From an uncultured bacterium (GTDB taxonomy: Bacteria > UBP7 > UBA6624): DNA of 24,845 bases. The notes beneath the pieces are model-generated. The model saw only the letters and a program-made list of their open reading frames with translations. It did no database searches and was not told the origin of the DNA. A program made the translations under genes and the position numbers. Every line of letters starts with the position of its first letter. The first letter of the stretch is position 1. The stretch covers positions 1 through 24,845 of the forward strand of contig CAXGSM010000017.1 of the NCBI GenBank assembly GCA_964012435.1, in the 5' to 3' direction. Positions 8,126 to 16,816 of the stretch are shown one piece after another.

Positions 8126-9569
8126 CCCTTTTTGGCTTTAACATTGGAAAGAGAATGACATCTCTTATTGAATCTTTATTCAAAAACATCATCAATAAGC
8201 GCTCTATGCCAAAACCAATACCCCCTGCAGAAGGCATGCCGAATTCTAAGGCTTCTATATATGAATCATCAATTGGCTGAGCTTCCAAATCACCTGAATC
8301 CTTTGCATCCTGTTGGCTTTTCATTCTGTGGCTCTGTTCATCTGGGTCATGCAATTCCCCAAATGCATTTGCCACCTCACAACCAGCAATTACAAGTTCA
8401 AATCTTTGTGTCCAATTTTTATTTCCCGGAATGCTTTTTGCTAAAGGGCTCATTGCTTTTGGATAACCTGTTACAAAAGTTGGATTCACAATTTTCGATT
8501 CAATAAACTCACCATAAAGTTTATCTTGTGATCTTCCTATAGTCATGCTGTTGCTCCAACTTAAATTATGTTTTTTGAAAACGTTTTTATAATCTTTAAG
8601 TGTGGACATCTTGTCAATGTCAACTCCAATTTCATCTATCAAAGCTTGCCTGAAATCCAATCTGTTGAATTTACCTTTCAAAGAGATCTTTTTGCCCATC
8701 CATTCAAAAGAATCATTTTCTAAAAGATCGGCTGCAAGAAACTTTATAAATTCCTCTGATCTTGACATCATGGTTTCAAAACTTCCCCAAGCTTCATAGG
8801 CTTCAAGTCCAAAAAATTCTGGATTATGCTTTTTGGATATTCCCTCATTCCTAAAGTTTCTACCTATTTCAAAAACTTTAGGGCAACCACCAACTAGCAA
8901 TTTTTTAAGGTAAAGCTCTGGTGCTATTCTTAAATATAAAGGTAAATCTAATGCATTGTGATGCGTTTTAAAAGGTCTTGCATAAGCGCCCCCAGGAATT
9001 TGATGGAGCATTGGGGTGAATACCTCAAGAAATCCTTCAGATTGCCAGTACTCTCTTGCTTTTTGAAAAAATCTAGAAATAAAAACTACATCTTTTGCTA
9101 TATCCCCACCAATAGCCATATCTACCCATCTTTTTCTTTGTCGTGTTTCTGGATCAGATATTCCATGCATTTTATCCGGAAGCTCATGACGACCTTTTGA
9201 AACAAGTGAAAAACTCGAAACAAAAATACTAATTTCACCTACTTTTGTTTTCATAACCTTACCTTGCACAAATATGATATCTCCTAAATCAAGCAATTCG
9301 GTATCTTCAAAATTTTCCAAATCATTCTTGCGCATGAAAAGCTGGATTCTTCCAGTTATGTCTCCAATATCTAAAAAAGCCAGTTTGCCTTGTTTTCTAA
9401 AGGCAAGTATCCTTCCCCCAGAGCTAACTGATTGATTTTCAAGCGAATCAAAATTCTCCTTTATTTCTCCTGGTGAGTTTGTAATTGAAAAAGAGCTATC
9501 ATAAGGGTCTCCATATTTCTCAATCCATTTTTTTAATTTTTTTTCTCTAAATTCTCTTTTTTCGTTCAC
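8118..9569 (-). CDS. lysS: Lysine--tRNA ligase (class II)
   Basis: N-terminal OB-fold anticodon domain (GKLAFLDI..GRIQLF), GGAYARPFKTHHNAL, LRIAPELYLKKL, FRNEG..HNPEF and motif 3 GMPSAGGIGFGIERL. Confidence 0.97.
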   Translation of the reverse strand: MNEKREFREKKLKKWIEKYGDPYDSSFSITNSPGEIKENFDSLENQSVSSGGRILAFRKQGKLAFLDIGDITGRIQLFMRKNDLENFEDTELLDLGDIIFVQGKVMKTKVGEISIFVSSFSLVSKGRHELPDKMHGISDPETRQRKRWVDMAIGGDIAKDVVFISRFFQKAREYWQSEGFLEVFTPMLHQIPGGAYARPFKTHHNALDLPLYLRIAPELYLKKLLVGGCPKVFEIGRNFRNEGISKKHNPEFFGLEAYEAWGSFETMMSRSEEFIKFLAADLLENDSFEWMGKKISLKGKFNRLDFRQALIDEIGVDIDKMSTLKDYKNVFKKHNLSWSNSMTIGRSQDKLYGEFIESKIVNPTFVTGYPKAMSPLAKSIPGNKNWTQRFELVIAGCEVANAFGELHDPDEQSHRMKSQQDAKDSGDLEAQPIDDSYIEALEFGMPSAGGIGFGIERLLMMFLNKDSIRDVILFPMLKPKRDE

Positions 9570-10462
9570 TTGTTCAACCTCTCAATATTTCCTGAAAAAT
9601 CCAATTCTTTGGATAAAGTCTTGTAATCATCCTGTGTTAGATTATTACTTGCTTTAAGCCCAAAGAAAAAAGCTTCTATTACATTGGTGCCAAAACTTCT
9701 ACCCTCCAAACGAGGTGTTGTTGTAACTAACCATTTCAAACCTTTATCCTTTAACATCTTTACATCATGTTCTGTTGTTGTGTTTGTAACAATAGTTTTT
9801 CCTCTTAAGTCATTTGGGATGTTTCTCTTTATGTAATGAAAATCGCCTGCAATAACATTTCTTCCTTTAAACCAGCGTGCAGCTTTTCCAGTGTTTTCTT
9901 CTTGTTTTTCACCTGTTGGATATAACCATTTAAATGGTAATTTAGTAACTATTGGAAGAATTGCCTTACCCACCCTTGCTAATTTATCCAAATGGTTAAT
10001 ACCTATCGGAAGGTCTAATCCGAAAATTAAATCCCCATAAAGAACATCACATCCTCCCTTGTGAAACGCTTTAGCCATTCCCCATCTGTCTAAACCTGAA
10101 ACCATTAAAACTTTATCTGTTTTTTTTAATATTTTTTTCTGACTTAACAACCTTGTGACCAGCTCGGATTCAATAAAGTGTTTCAATCCTGAGCCATCTG
10201 CAGTAAAAGTTTTCAAACCAGCAACAAGTTTTGCAGCATCGTTAAATTGATATTTTCTATCACCAACCCATAACCATCTGTCTATTCCTCCCATCCCAAA
10301 AGCATTGACTTTATTGTCCATTTCAAGATACATTTGTCTGCATTTAGCCAAATCGCCATCACAGCCAATCCTAGAAATTTTCCAATCTTGATTATTGAAA
10401 TTAACCACAACGGAATGGTCTCTAGAGGATGAACCTAATGATATTGAAACAATTTTCTTCAT
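9566..10462 (-). CDS. Conserved uncharacterised protein of the family often auto-labelled 'quinate 5-dehydrogenase'
   Basis: Recognised from memory of the family: VSISLGSSSRDH, RIGCDGD, DGSGLK, GDLIFGL, LYPTGEKQ, IAGDFHYI, VTNTTT and TTTPRLEGRSFGTNVIEA. Function is not established. Confidence 0.65.
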   Translation of the reverse strand: MKKIVSISLGSSSRDHSVVVNFNNQDWKISRIGCDGDLAKCRQMYLEMDNKVNAFGMGGIDRWLWVGDRKYQFNDAAKLVAGLKTFTADGSGLKHFIESELVTRLLSQKKILKKTDKVLMVSGLDRWGMAKAFHKGGCDVLYGDLIFGLDLPIGINHLDKLARVGKAILPIVTKLPFKWLYPTGEKQEENTGKAARWFKGRNVIAGDFHYIKRNIPNDLRGKTIVTNTTTEHDVKMLKDKGLKWLVTTTPRLEGRSFGTNVIEAFFFGLKASNNLTQDDYKTLSKELDFSGNIERLNK

Positions 10463-11178
10463 ATCTTAGAAATTAAAACCTCCATCCCTTTCCATAATAA
10501 ATCCGGTTCATTGATGTATTTGTCTTGAATGTTCTTTGCAACAGAAGGATAATCCCCACCAGTTACAAACCAAGCAATATCATCTAATTCGGAATCATAA
10601 AGAGATTTTAATTCTTTAATCATGGCTATCCAACCCATGTCTATACCTGATCTAACTGATGAAACACATGACGAACCCCTGCCAAAAGACATATCAAAAT
10701 TAGGTTCTATTTCTGGAAGGCTTGTCACCCTGCCAAGCGTTTTATAAATAGACCTTCTTCCTGGGAAAAGATTGCCTCCATAAAAATTTTTATTTTTCCA
10801 AACTGATAATGTGCATACTGTACCAAGAGAAATGACTCCAAAATTATTATTGGAAGTCATGTTCTGCATTGCTAAAAAATACAATCTTCGATCTTCTCCA
10901 AAAGCTGGTTCTCCATAATCATGAACATATACATCTTCCGGTGAAAGAACATTTGAAACTTTGATGATTTTTTTATTCAACTGTAAACCGCCAATAAGAG
11001 CATTGGTGGTTCCTTCAGACTTGGATGATGAAATCAATACTGAATCAAACTCATCTTTCAAATCATCCGATAGAGGTTCAGTAAAATCAATCTTTCCGAT
11101 CTTTTTATGTAATCTATTATCTTTAAATAAAGCTGCTTTTAAATTAGTGCTTCCAAAATCTAAACCAAGCCAAGACAT
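10459..11178 (-). CDS. coaX: Type III pantothenate kinase, divergent
   Basis: LDFGSTN, GEDR, LGTV, GGNLFPG, VTGGD and a C-terminal DLLWKGM match the CoaX motif order. Confidence 0.8.
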   Translation of the reverse strand: MSWLGLDFGSTNLKAALFKDNRLHKKIGKIDFTEPLSDDLKDEFDSVLISSSKSEGTTNALIGGLQLNKKIIKVSNVLSPEDVYVHDYGEPAFGEDRRLYFLAMQNMTSNNNFGVISLGTVCTLSVWKNKNFYGGNLFPGRRSIYKTLGRVTSLPEIEPNFDMSFGRGSSCVSSVRSGIDMGWIAMIKELKSLYDSELDDIAWFVTGGDYPSVAKNIQDKYINEPDLLWKGMEVLISKI

Positions 11179-11735
11179 TAGGCACGTTCTATATAGGAAT
11201 ACTTTTCAGTATCGACTTTGATCCTGTCACCAGCATTGATAAACAAAGGTGCCTGCACCTTAATATTGCCTTTTAAGGTAACTTCTTTGGTTGCTCCTGT
11301 TGCAGTATTACCTTTTACTGCAGGAGGTGCCTCTAAAACCTCTCTGATAACATGGCTAGGTGGAGAGACAGATATTATTTTCCCATCTAATTTTATTAAA
11401 ACTGCTTTTTCTCCCTCCACCAGCCATTCAATACGATCTGCATGGTCGGAATGGATTCTTTCTTCTTCCCATGTTTCCTCATCCATGAAAACAAACATCT
11501 CTCCATCTTTATAGGAAAGATTGCTTTCTAATTCTTGATAATGACACTTTTCAACTTTCTCTCCACCATTAAATCTATTAGATATAGTTGAGCCAGAATT
11601 AAGGTTTTTCATTTTAGCTTGAAGAAATCCACTCTGCCTTCCCATTTTCATATGCTCTGTTGAAACAATTTTAAAATATTGTCCTCTGTAATCAATCACC
11701 ATGCCTGGTTTCAAGTCATTAACGTTAATCTTCAT
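11178..11735 (-). CDS. efp: Translation elongation factor P
   Basis: DLKPGMVI, tip loop HMKMGRQSG, FVFMDEETWE, PAVKGNTAT and APLFINAGDRIKVDT..YIERA. Confidence 0.95.
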   Translation of the reverse strand: MKINVNDLKPGMVIDYRGQYFKIVSTEHMKMGRQSGFLQAKMKNLNSGSTISNRFNGGEKVEKCHYQELESNLSYKDGEMFVFMDEETWEEERIHSDHADRIEWLVEGEKAVLIKLDGKIISVSPPSHVIREVLEAPPAVKGNTATGATKEVTLKGNIKVQAPLFINAGDRIKVDTEKYSYIERA

Positions 11736-11740
11736 ATTAG

Positions 11741-13168
11741 TTAATCAATATAATCTGATAGCTTTTCAGCATCAGGAGAATTTCTAAGTTTTTTAATAGC
11801 TCGATTTTCAATCTGCCTAACCCTTTCCCTTGTTACATTTAATTTTCTTCCAACTTCTTCCAATGTTAAAGGTGTTGCATTAGTTAAACCATACCTTAAC
11901 GCCAGGACCTCATACTCTCTTTCATCAAGAAGATTTGATAGTATTCGATTTAAATCTCGCTTGAGGAAGTCTTGCCCAACCTCATAATCAGGTAATGGTA
12001 TCTTCTTGTCTTCAATGTAATCCTTCAATAAAGCATCTTCGTCATCCCCAATAGGTAACTCTAAAGACAGGATTCCTTGGGCATATCTTTGTATTTCTAA
12101 AATTCTAGCAACAGCTCTTCCCCATTCATCTAAATTCTTTTTAAAGTCTCGCAATACTGTTCTATCTTCTTTTGTCATTCTGTTTTCTGGAGCCCACCCG
12201 ACACCATGAACAGATCTAGGGGGCACTGGTATACTGCAACGTTGAGCTATTTCGTAAAGATCTCCTCTTTCTTTTTTCCATGAAGGAGGACGCCTGAATT
12301 TACTTTTAAAATCCTGTTCTGCAGTTCTGTATATTGCAAGAGTATCCATCACTTGTTCTTCTTTATCTGGGCTAATCAAACCTAAAGCATACGCCATTTC
12401 TTCCATATCTGGCTTCCTTCCTTGCTCTTGTTCAAACTGGCTTTCAATCTTGCGATATCTGTTAATAGTTTCAACCATATGAACTGGTCTTCTAACTATG
12501 TTACCCTGGTCAGCTAAAGCTCTTGTAATAGCTTGACGTATCCACCAAGTTGCATATGTTGAAAACTTAAAACCTTTTGAATGGTCAAATTTTTGAATAG
12601 CTCTCATCAAGCCTGAAACACCCTCCTGGATAAGGTCAACAAAAGAAAGTCCTCTTCCGGAATATTTCCTAGCAATGGAGACAACGAGTCTAAAATTGCT
12701 GGAAGCTAATGTTTCAACAGCATCCTCATCACCCGCATCTTTACCCTGTGCTAAATTTCTTTCTTCATCTCTTGACAATAAGTAATCATGACTGATTTCT
12801 TTTAAAAAATATTTAACAGTGTCGGAGATAAAATGATCCTCTTCCCTTCTTCTCCTTCTATCTTTAACCTTTTTTGAACCCTTAGCTAATTCTTCTTCTG
12901 TGAAAACCTGAACTCCATCTTCTTCAAGTTTTGCCCATAAGCCATTAATGGTTTCTGGGTCCAAATCCCTCTCTTCGATAAAACGTTGGACTTCATCTGT
13001 TGTTAGATAACCTTTTAAAGCGCTTAAATCAATAACTTCCTGGATCAAATCCTGATGTACAGCAAAATCTATTCCCGTTTCAAGATTTTCTTCATCTGCT
13101 TCATCGCCATACGACGAAATCTCTCTTTCTAGCTCGTCATGTATGCCATCGGTTGGATAATCAGTCAA
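11741..13168 (-). CDS. rpoD: Primary sigma-70 factor with region 1.1 and a region-3 insertion
   Basis: Region 1.1 (KGYLT.DEV), 2.1-2.4 ([37 protein letters not shown]) and 4.2 ([18 protein letters not shown]). Start placed at TTG 13168 because GGAGG lies just upstream; the track starts at 13180. Confidence 0.93.
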   Translation of the reverse strand: MTDYPTDGIHDELEREISSYGDEADEENLETGIDFAVHQDLIQEVIDLSALKGYLTTDEVQRFIEERDLDPETINGLWAKLEEDGVQVFTEEELAKGSKKVKDRRRRREEDHFISDTVKYFLKEISHDYLLSRDEERNLAQGKDAGDEDAVETLASSNFRLVVSIARKYSGRGLSFVDLIQEGVSGLMRAIQKFDHSKGFKFSTYATWWIRQAITRALADQGNIVRRPVHMVETINRYRKIESQFEQEQGRKPDMEEMAYALGLISPDKEEQVMDTLAIYRTAEQDFKSKFRRPPSWKKERGDLYEIAQRCSIPVPPRSVHGVGWAPENRMTKEDRTVLRDFKKNLDEWGRAVARILEIQRYAQGILSLELPIGDDEDALLKDYIEDKKIPLPDYEVGQDFLKRDLNRILSNLLDEREYEVLALRYGLTNATPLTLEEVGRKLNVTRERVRQIENRAIKKLRNSPDAEKLSDYID

Positions 13169-13204
13169 AACTACCTCCAAATATAATATTTAACGTTAAT
13201 CTTA

Positions 13205-13216
13205 TGAGTATACTCA
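13205..13216. promoter_or_regulatory. Perfect palindrome TGAGTATACTCA giving a TATACT -10 hexamer on both strands; putative bidirectional promoter for rpoD and ubiA
   Basis: Read directly in the short divergent rpoD/ubiA gap; a second palindrome, TTAACGTTAA, lies at 13190-13199. Confidence 0.5.
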
Positions 13217-13231
13217 ATTCTAAATAAAAAA

Positions 13232-14107
13232 ATGAACAAAGGCATAACTTGGCGCGGTCCTAGATACAAATCATGGATAAAAAATTCACTTTTGTTGGTT
13301 GGTGTAATTTTTGGAGGTGTCAATACGGGGGAACCAATAATTTCAAATTCCTCAATATTGATTGAAGTTTTATATGGAATCATTCTTTTTTGCCTCGCTT
13401 CAACCGTGGGTTATGCGGTAAATGACATTATTGATCAAAAAAAAGATCTGAAAAATCCACTGCATAAAAAAACAAGACAGTCAATAAATTCAGCGTGGTG
13501 GTTCCTATTTTTGCTTATTGCAACAATGACTCTAGGAGCAGAACATCAATTAGTAAAAAAAGAAATGTTATTTATTGTTTCTATCTACTTCACAATGACG
13601 TGCTTATATTCCAAGTTTCTAAAAAATATACCTATTGTTGAAATAATTGTTCTTTCTTTACATTTTTTAATAAGGATTCTTGCAGGAACATGGGCTGTGG
13701 GCATAAACGTGAGTGAATGGCTTGTAGTTGCTGGCTTTATGATGGCGCTGTTACTATCATTTGGAAAAAGATGTGCTGAATTCAGATCCGCAAAAGGCAA
13801 TTTTTACTTCAGGCCTGTTCTTTCTCACTACAAACTTGAATACTTGATTGGAATTTCAAGATCACTGGCTTTGATGAATCTTTTGATTTATTGTCTTTAT
13901 GGTTTAAATACACCTGAAAGAGGGTTGTTTTTCTTAATTTTCACATTACCTTTTGTTGCTTTTGGTATTTTTAGATATCTTTTATTGCTCGAAAGAGATG
14001 ACATGATTAAAACTCCTGAGGAAATGTTATTAAATGACAAAAACTCAATCACCAACTTGCTCTTGTGGTTATCAGCTGTTATATTAATGCAAGGATACAC
14101 ATTATGA
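13232..14107 (+). CDS. UbiA-superfamily membrane transferase, decaprenyl-phosphate phosphoribosyltransferase-like
   Basis: R..SWIKN N-terminal motif, Asp-rich YAVNDIIDQKKD..NP, YSKFLKNIP, RILAG, FGKR..E and FGIFRYL; multiple TM helices. Confidence 0.8.
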   Translation: MNKGITWRGPRYKSWIKNSLLLVGVIFGGVNTGEPIISNSSILIEVLYGIILFCLASTVGYAVNDIIDQKKDLKNPLHKKTRQSINSAWWFLFLLIATMTLGAEHQLVKKEMLFIVSIYFTMTCLYSKFLKNIPIVEIIVLSLHFLIRILAGTWAVGINVSEWLVVAGFMMALLLSFGKRCAEFRSAKGNFYFRPVLSHYKLEYLIGISRSLALMNLLIYCLYGLNTPERGLFFLIFTLPFVAFGIFRYLLLLERDDMIKTPEEMLLNDKNSITNLLLWLSAVILMQGYTL

Positions 14108-14328
14108 ATGCATCAAAAAGATTTACAGTAATGATGGAGAATCAAGATACTAATGTGTGGATTGTCAACATAAGAGATCGTGAAGAGAATATGATCATTC
14201 CGATATGCATCACTGACAAAAGCGATCACGCAAACAAGCGAAGAATCTCCATATTGGATGATCTTTTAATGATGGACACCGAATCATTTAAACAAAAATG
14301 GTTACATGGGGAGGTTAAGGATGGATAA
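14104..14328 (+). CDS. Small hypothetical protein (74 aa)
   Basis: The ATG at 14104 (MNASKRF) overlaps the ubiA stop (ATGA), and the ORF overlaps the next gene's start. Confidence 0.6.
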   Translation: MNASKRFTVMMENQDTNVWIVNIRDREENMIIPICITDKSDHANKRRISILDDLLMMDTESFKQKWLHGEVKDG

Positions 14329-14761
14329 AAATCAAACACATTTGTTCTTAATGCAAACCTTAATGATGCATAATTCATCAAACCAAAAACTCTCAAAATG
14401 CTTTTTGAAATTAATTTTTTCCTCGGAAGAGAAAGACAAAAAACAAATGGAAAAAAATAAAAAAAGAATTTTAAATCACCTAAACAATATAGAAAAAAAT
14501 CTTGAACAAATTGATACATACATAACGCTATGCCTTGAGTCCAAGAACAAAGAATTTAAGATTATAGGCAATCCTGAAAAATCGGCTATTCGATATGGTT
14601 TTTGGTTGCTTTTGGGACCAAGAAAAATGGATCCGCCACTATGTTCAAAAATTGCGGCTGATATGGTTGATTTATTCTCGGAGTCCAGTGCTAGATCTTT
14701 AGTTCAAGGTTGTATTAGCTGGGCGGCAAAGAATCAACAAGATTTAGCATTGCTGATCTAA
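14321..14761 (+). CDS. Hypothetical protein (146 aa)
   Basis: ATG at 14321 (MDKNQ) preceded by GGAGG; the 3' end overlaps the convergent gene by 47 bp. Confidence 0.65.
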   Translation: MDKNQTHLFLMQTLMMHNSSNQKLSKCFLKLIFSSEEKDKKQMEKNKKRILNHLNNIEKNLEQIDTYITLCLESKNKEFKIIGNPEKSAIRYGFWLLLGPRKMDPPLCSKIAADMVDLFSESSARSLVQGCISWAAKNQQDLALLI

Positions 14762-15584
14762 CTTTTCTGTAATTTTTTTCTATAAACTGCACGGGGCTAA
14801 CATTATCTTCAAAATCAGAAGGAAATAGATTTATGACAACGGTAGGAAAACCTTCATCTTTAAACATTTTGATGACATTTTCATCAGCATAACTTGTAAA
14901 AACTATTAATTCTGGAGGAAAATTATCTTCTTTTAAAATCTTTAAATCACTCGGGAACACAAGGTCTGAAGGCATAGTTACAAATTTCATATATGGAGCC
15001 GTACCTATATAGCCTAGAAACTCATAACCAAAGGACGAATATACAGCAAGCCTTAAACCTTCTGGAAGTTTTAAATCTGGCATTTTTAAAACTCGCATAT
15101 TGATAGTAAATTCATTCAGCTCTTCACTCAAAAGCTCTGCTCGCTGAAAATACTCCTCTGTTTTAAAAGGATTAATTTGCGCTAATGATGATGCTGTTTC
15201 GTAAAGATATTCCGTCAAAAAAGCTCCATGTAACCATGGAGAACCTGAGCTGCAATCAATATCAACCCTTGGATCTTTCATGGTTATAAAAGATTTTGGT
15301 CTTTTGTCACTAGCAACTCTAACTGCATTTTTTTCCCACTTTTGACACATGGTAAAAAAAGAAATAAAATCCCTTTCATCTATTTGTTGTGGAGCATCTT
15401 TAAAAGGGTTTTGATTTTTGCCATAAATGGATACAACTTCATATTCATCATCAGCAATCCAAAAAATAAAATCTTTAATCATTTCATGCGTAACTAAAAT
15501 CCTTTTTTTCACATTTACATCTTGAGGACTAGCGCAGGAATTAAAACAAAAAATCAAAACTAAAAAACAATTAATAATTTTCAT
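14715..15584 (-). CDS. Lipoprotein with a ZnuA/TroA (cluster A-I) metal-binding-protein fold but degenerate ligand motifs
   Basis: Lipobox FNSC. The segments RILVTHEMIKDFI..IADD..EVVSI..NPF, SPWL and SLAQINP..EEYFQRAELLSEEL follow the cluster A-I pattern. Confidence 0.6.
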   Translation of the reverse strand: MKIINCFLVLIFCFNSCASPQDVNVKKRILVTHEMIKDFIFWIADDEYEVVSIYGKNQNPFKDAPQQIDERDFISFFTMCQKWEKNAVRVASDKRPKSFITMKDPRVDIDCSSGSPWLHGAFLTEYLYETASSLAQINPFKTEEYFQRAELLSEELNEFTINMRVLKMPDLKLPEGLRLAVYSSFGYEFLGYIGTAPYMKFVTMPSDLVFPSDLKILKEDNFPPELIVFTSYADENVIKMFKDEGFPTVVINLFPSDFEDNVSPVQFIEKNYRKVRSAMLNLVDSLPPS

Positions 15585-15593
15585 ATTTAAAAA

Positions 15594-16814
15594 TCACTTC
15601 CAATTTACCAAGTATTCCTTATCCTTGCCAAGAATACCTAAACTATTAGCAACCTCTTCAAAACTTCGAATGGCTTTGTTGATTTCATCTTTTGAATGAG
15701 CTGCTGATATTTGAACCCTGATTCTTGCTTGATCTTTAGGGACAACAGGAAAAGAAAAACCAATAACATATATACCTAGATCTAACAGCTTTTCAGCAAA
15801 TGCATTTGCTAATTTTGCGTTATAAAGCATAACTGGCACAATTGGATGAGAACCTTCCTTGATGATTAAACCGGTTTTTTTGATACCATCACGAAAATGT
15901 TCAGTATTCTTGGTTAATTTTTGTAATGGAGAATCCTTGCTTTCCAAGATGTCCAAAACGGAAATTGATGTTGCAGCGACAACAGGAGCAACAGTATTGC
16001 TGAATAAATATGGTCTGCTTTTTTGTCTCAGCATTGAAATAATTTCTTTTTTAGCACTAATAAACCCTCCGTTAGCTCCACCTAAAGCTTTCCCTAGTGT
16101 TGAAGATATGATGTCAACCTTCCCATGAACATTACAAAATTCAGGTGTACCTTTTCCATTGGCTCCAATAAAGCCAGTTGCATGACTGTCATCAACCATC
16201 AAAATGCCATCATAAGATTTTGTTAAATTCAAAATTTCATCAACTTTAGCTATATCCCCGTCCATGGAAAAAACTCCATCAGTAGCTACCAAAATATTTT
16301 TTGCCCCAGAAGAACGAGCTTTCTTTAGATTTTCTTCAAGACTGTTTAGATCATCATGAGCATAAATATACCTCTTAGCTTTACATAACCTGATTCCATC
16401 AATGATGGAAGCGTGATTTAATGATGCTGTCACAATAGCGTCATTTTCATCTAGCAAAGGCTCAAAAACCCCACCATTTGCATCAAAGCATGCAACATAT
16501 AAAATTGAATCTTCCATATCTAAAAAATTTGAAATTCGTTTTTCCAATTCGATATGAACATCCTGGGTTCCACAAATAAACCTTACGCTAGACATTCCAT
16601 AACCCCATTCGTCTATTGCTTTTTTAGCTGCGTCAATAACTTTGGGATGATTAGCAAGACCTAGGTAATTATTTGCGCAAAAGTTTAAAACTTTTTTATC
16701 CTGGACGGTGATTGTCGTTCCTTGTCTCCCTTGTAAAATCCTTTCTCTTTTCCATGTTCCAGCTTCCTTTATTTTTTCTAAATTTTGAAATATATCTTTA
16801 ATAAATTTAGTCAT
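15594..16814 (-). CDS. kbl: Glycine C-acetyltransferase (2-amino-3-ketobutyrate CoA ligase)
   Basis: NFCANNYLGL, SVRFICGT, LNHASIIDG, TDGVFSMDG, DDSHATG, PLP lysine in TLGKALGG and RQKSRPYLFSN. Confidence 0.96.
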   Translation of the reverse strand: MTKFIKDIFQNLEKIKEAGTWKRERILQGRQGTTITVQDKKVLNFCANNYLGLANHPKVIDAAKKAIDEWGYGMSSVRFICGTQDVHIELEKRISNFLDMEDSILYVACFDANGGVFEPLLDENDAIVTASLNHASIIDGIRLCKAKRYIYAHDDLNSLEENLKKARSSGAKNILVATDGVFSMDGDIAKVDEILNLTKSYDGILMVDDSHATGFIGANGKGTPEFCNVHGKVDIISSTLGKALGGANGGFISAKKEIISMLRQKSRPYLFSNTVAPVVAATSISVLDILESKDSPLQKLTKNTEHFRDGIKKTGLIIKEGSHPIVPVMLYNAKLANAFAEKLLDLGIYVIGFSFPVVPKDQARIRVQISAAHSKDEINKAIRSFEEVANSLGILGKDKEYLVNWK

Positions 16815-16816
16815 TT

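Noticed and set aside
8118..9569. lysS near efp as a possible EpmA (EF-P lysyl ligase)
   Set aside because: It has a full anticodon-binding OB domain and is 483 aa long, and this EF-P has Arg rather than Lys at the tip.
11719..13203. Exact 14-mer TTAACGTTAATCTT at the start of efp (11719-11732) and in the rpoD leader (13190-13203)
   Set aside because: It is very AT-rich and one copy is coding sequence. A few 14-mer matches are expected by chance across 25 kb of AT-rich DNA, unlike the pair confined to two tiny intergenic gaps.
13171..13383. 70-aa minus-strand ORF upstream of rpoD
   Set aside because: It is antisense to ubiA and crosses the divergent promoter gap, with no recognisable features.
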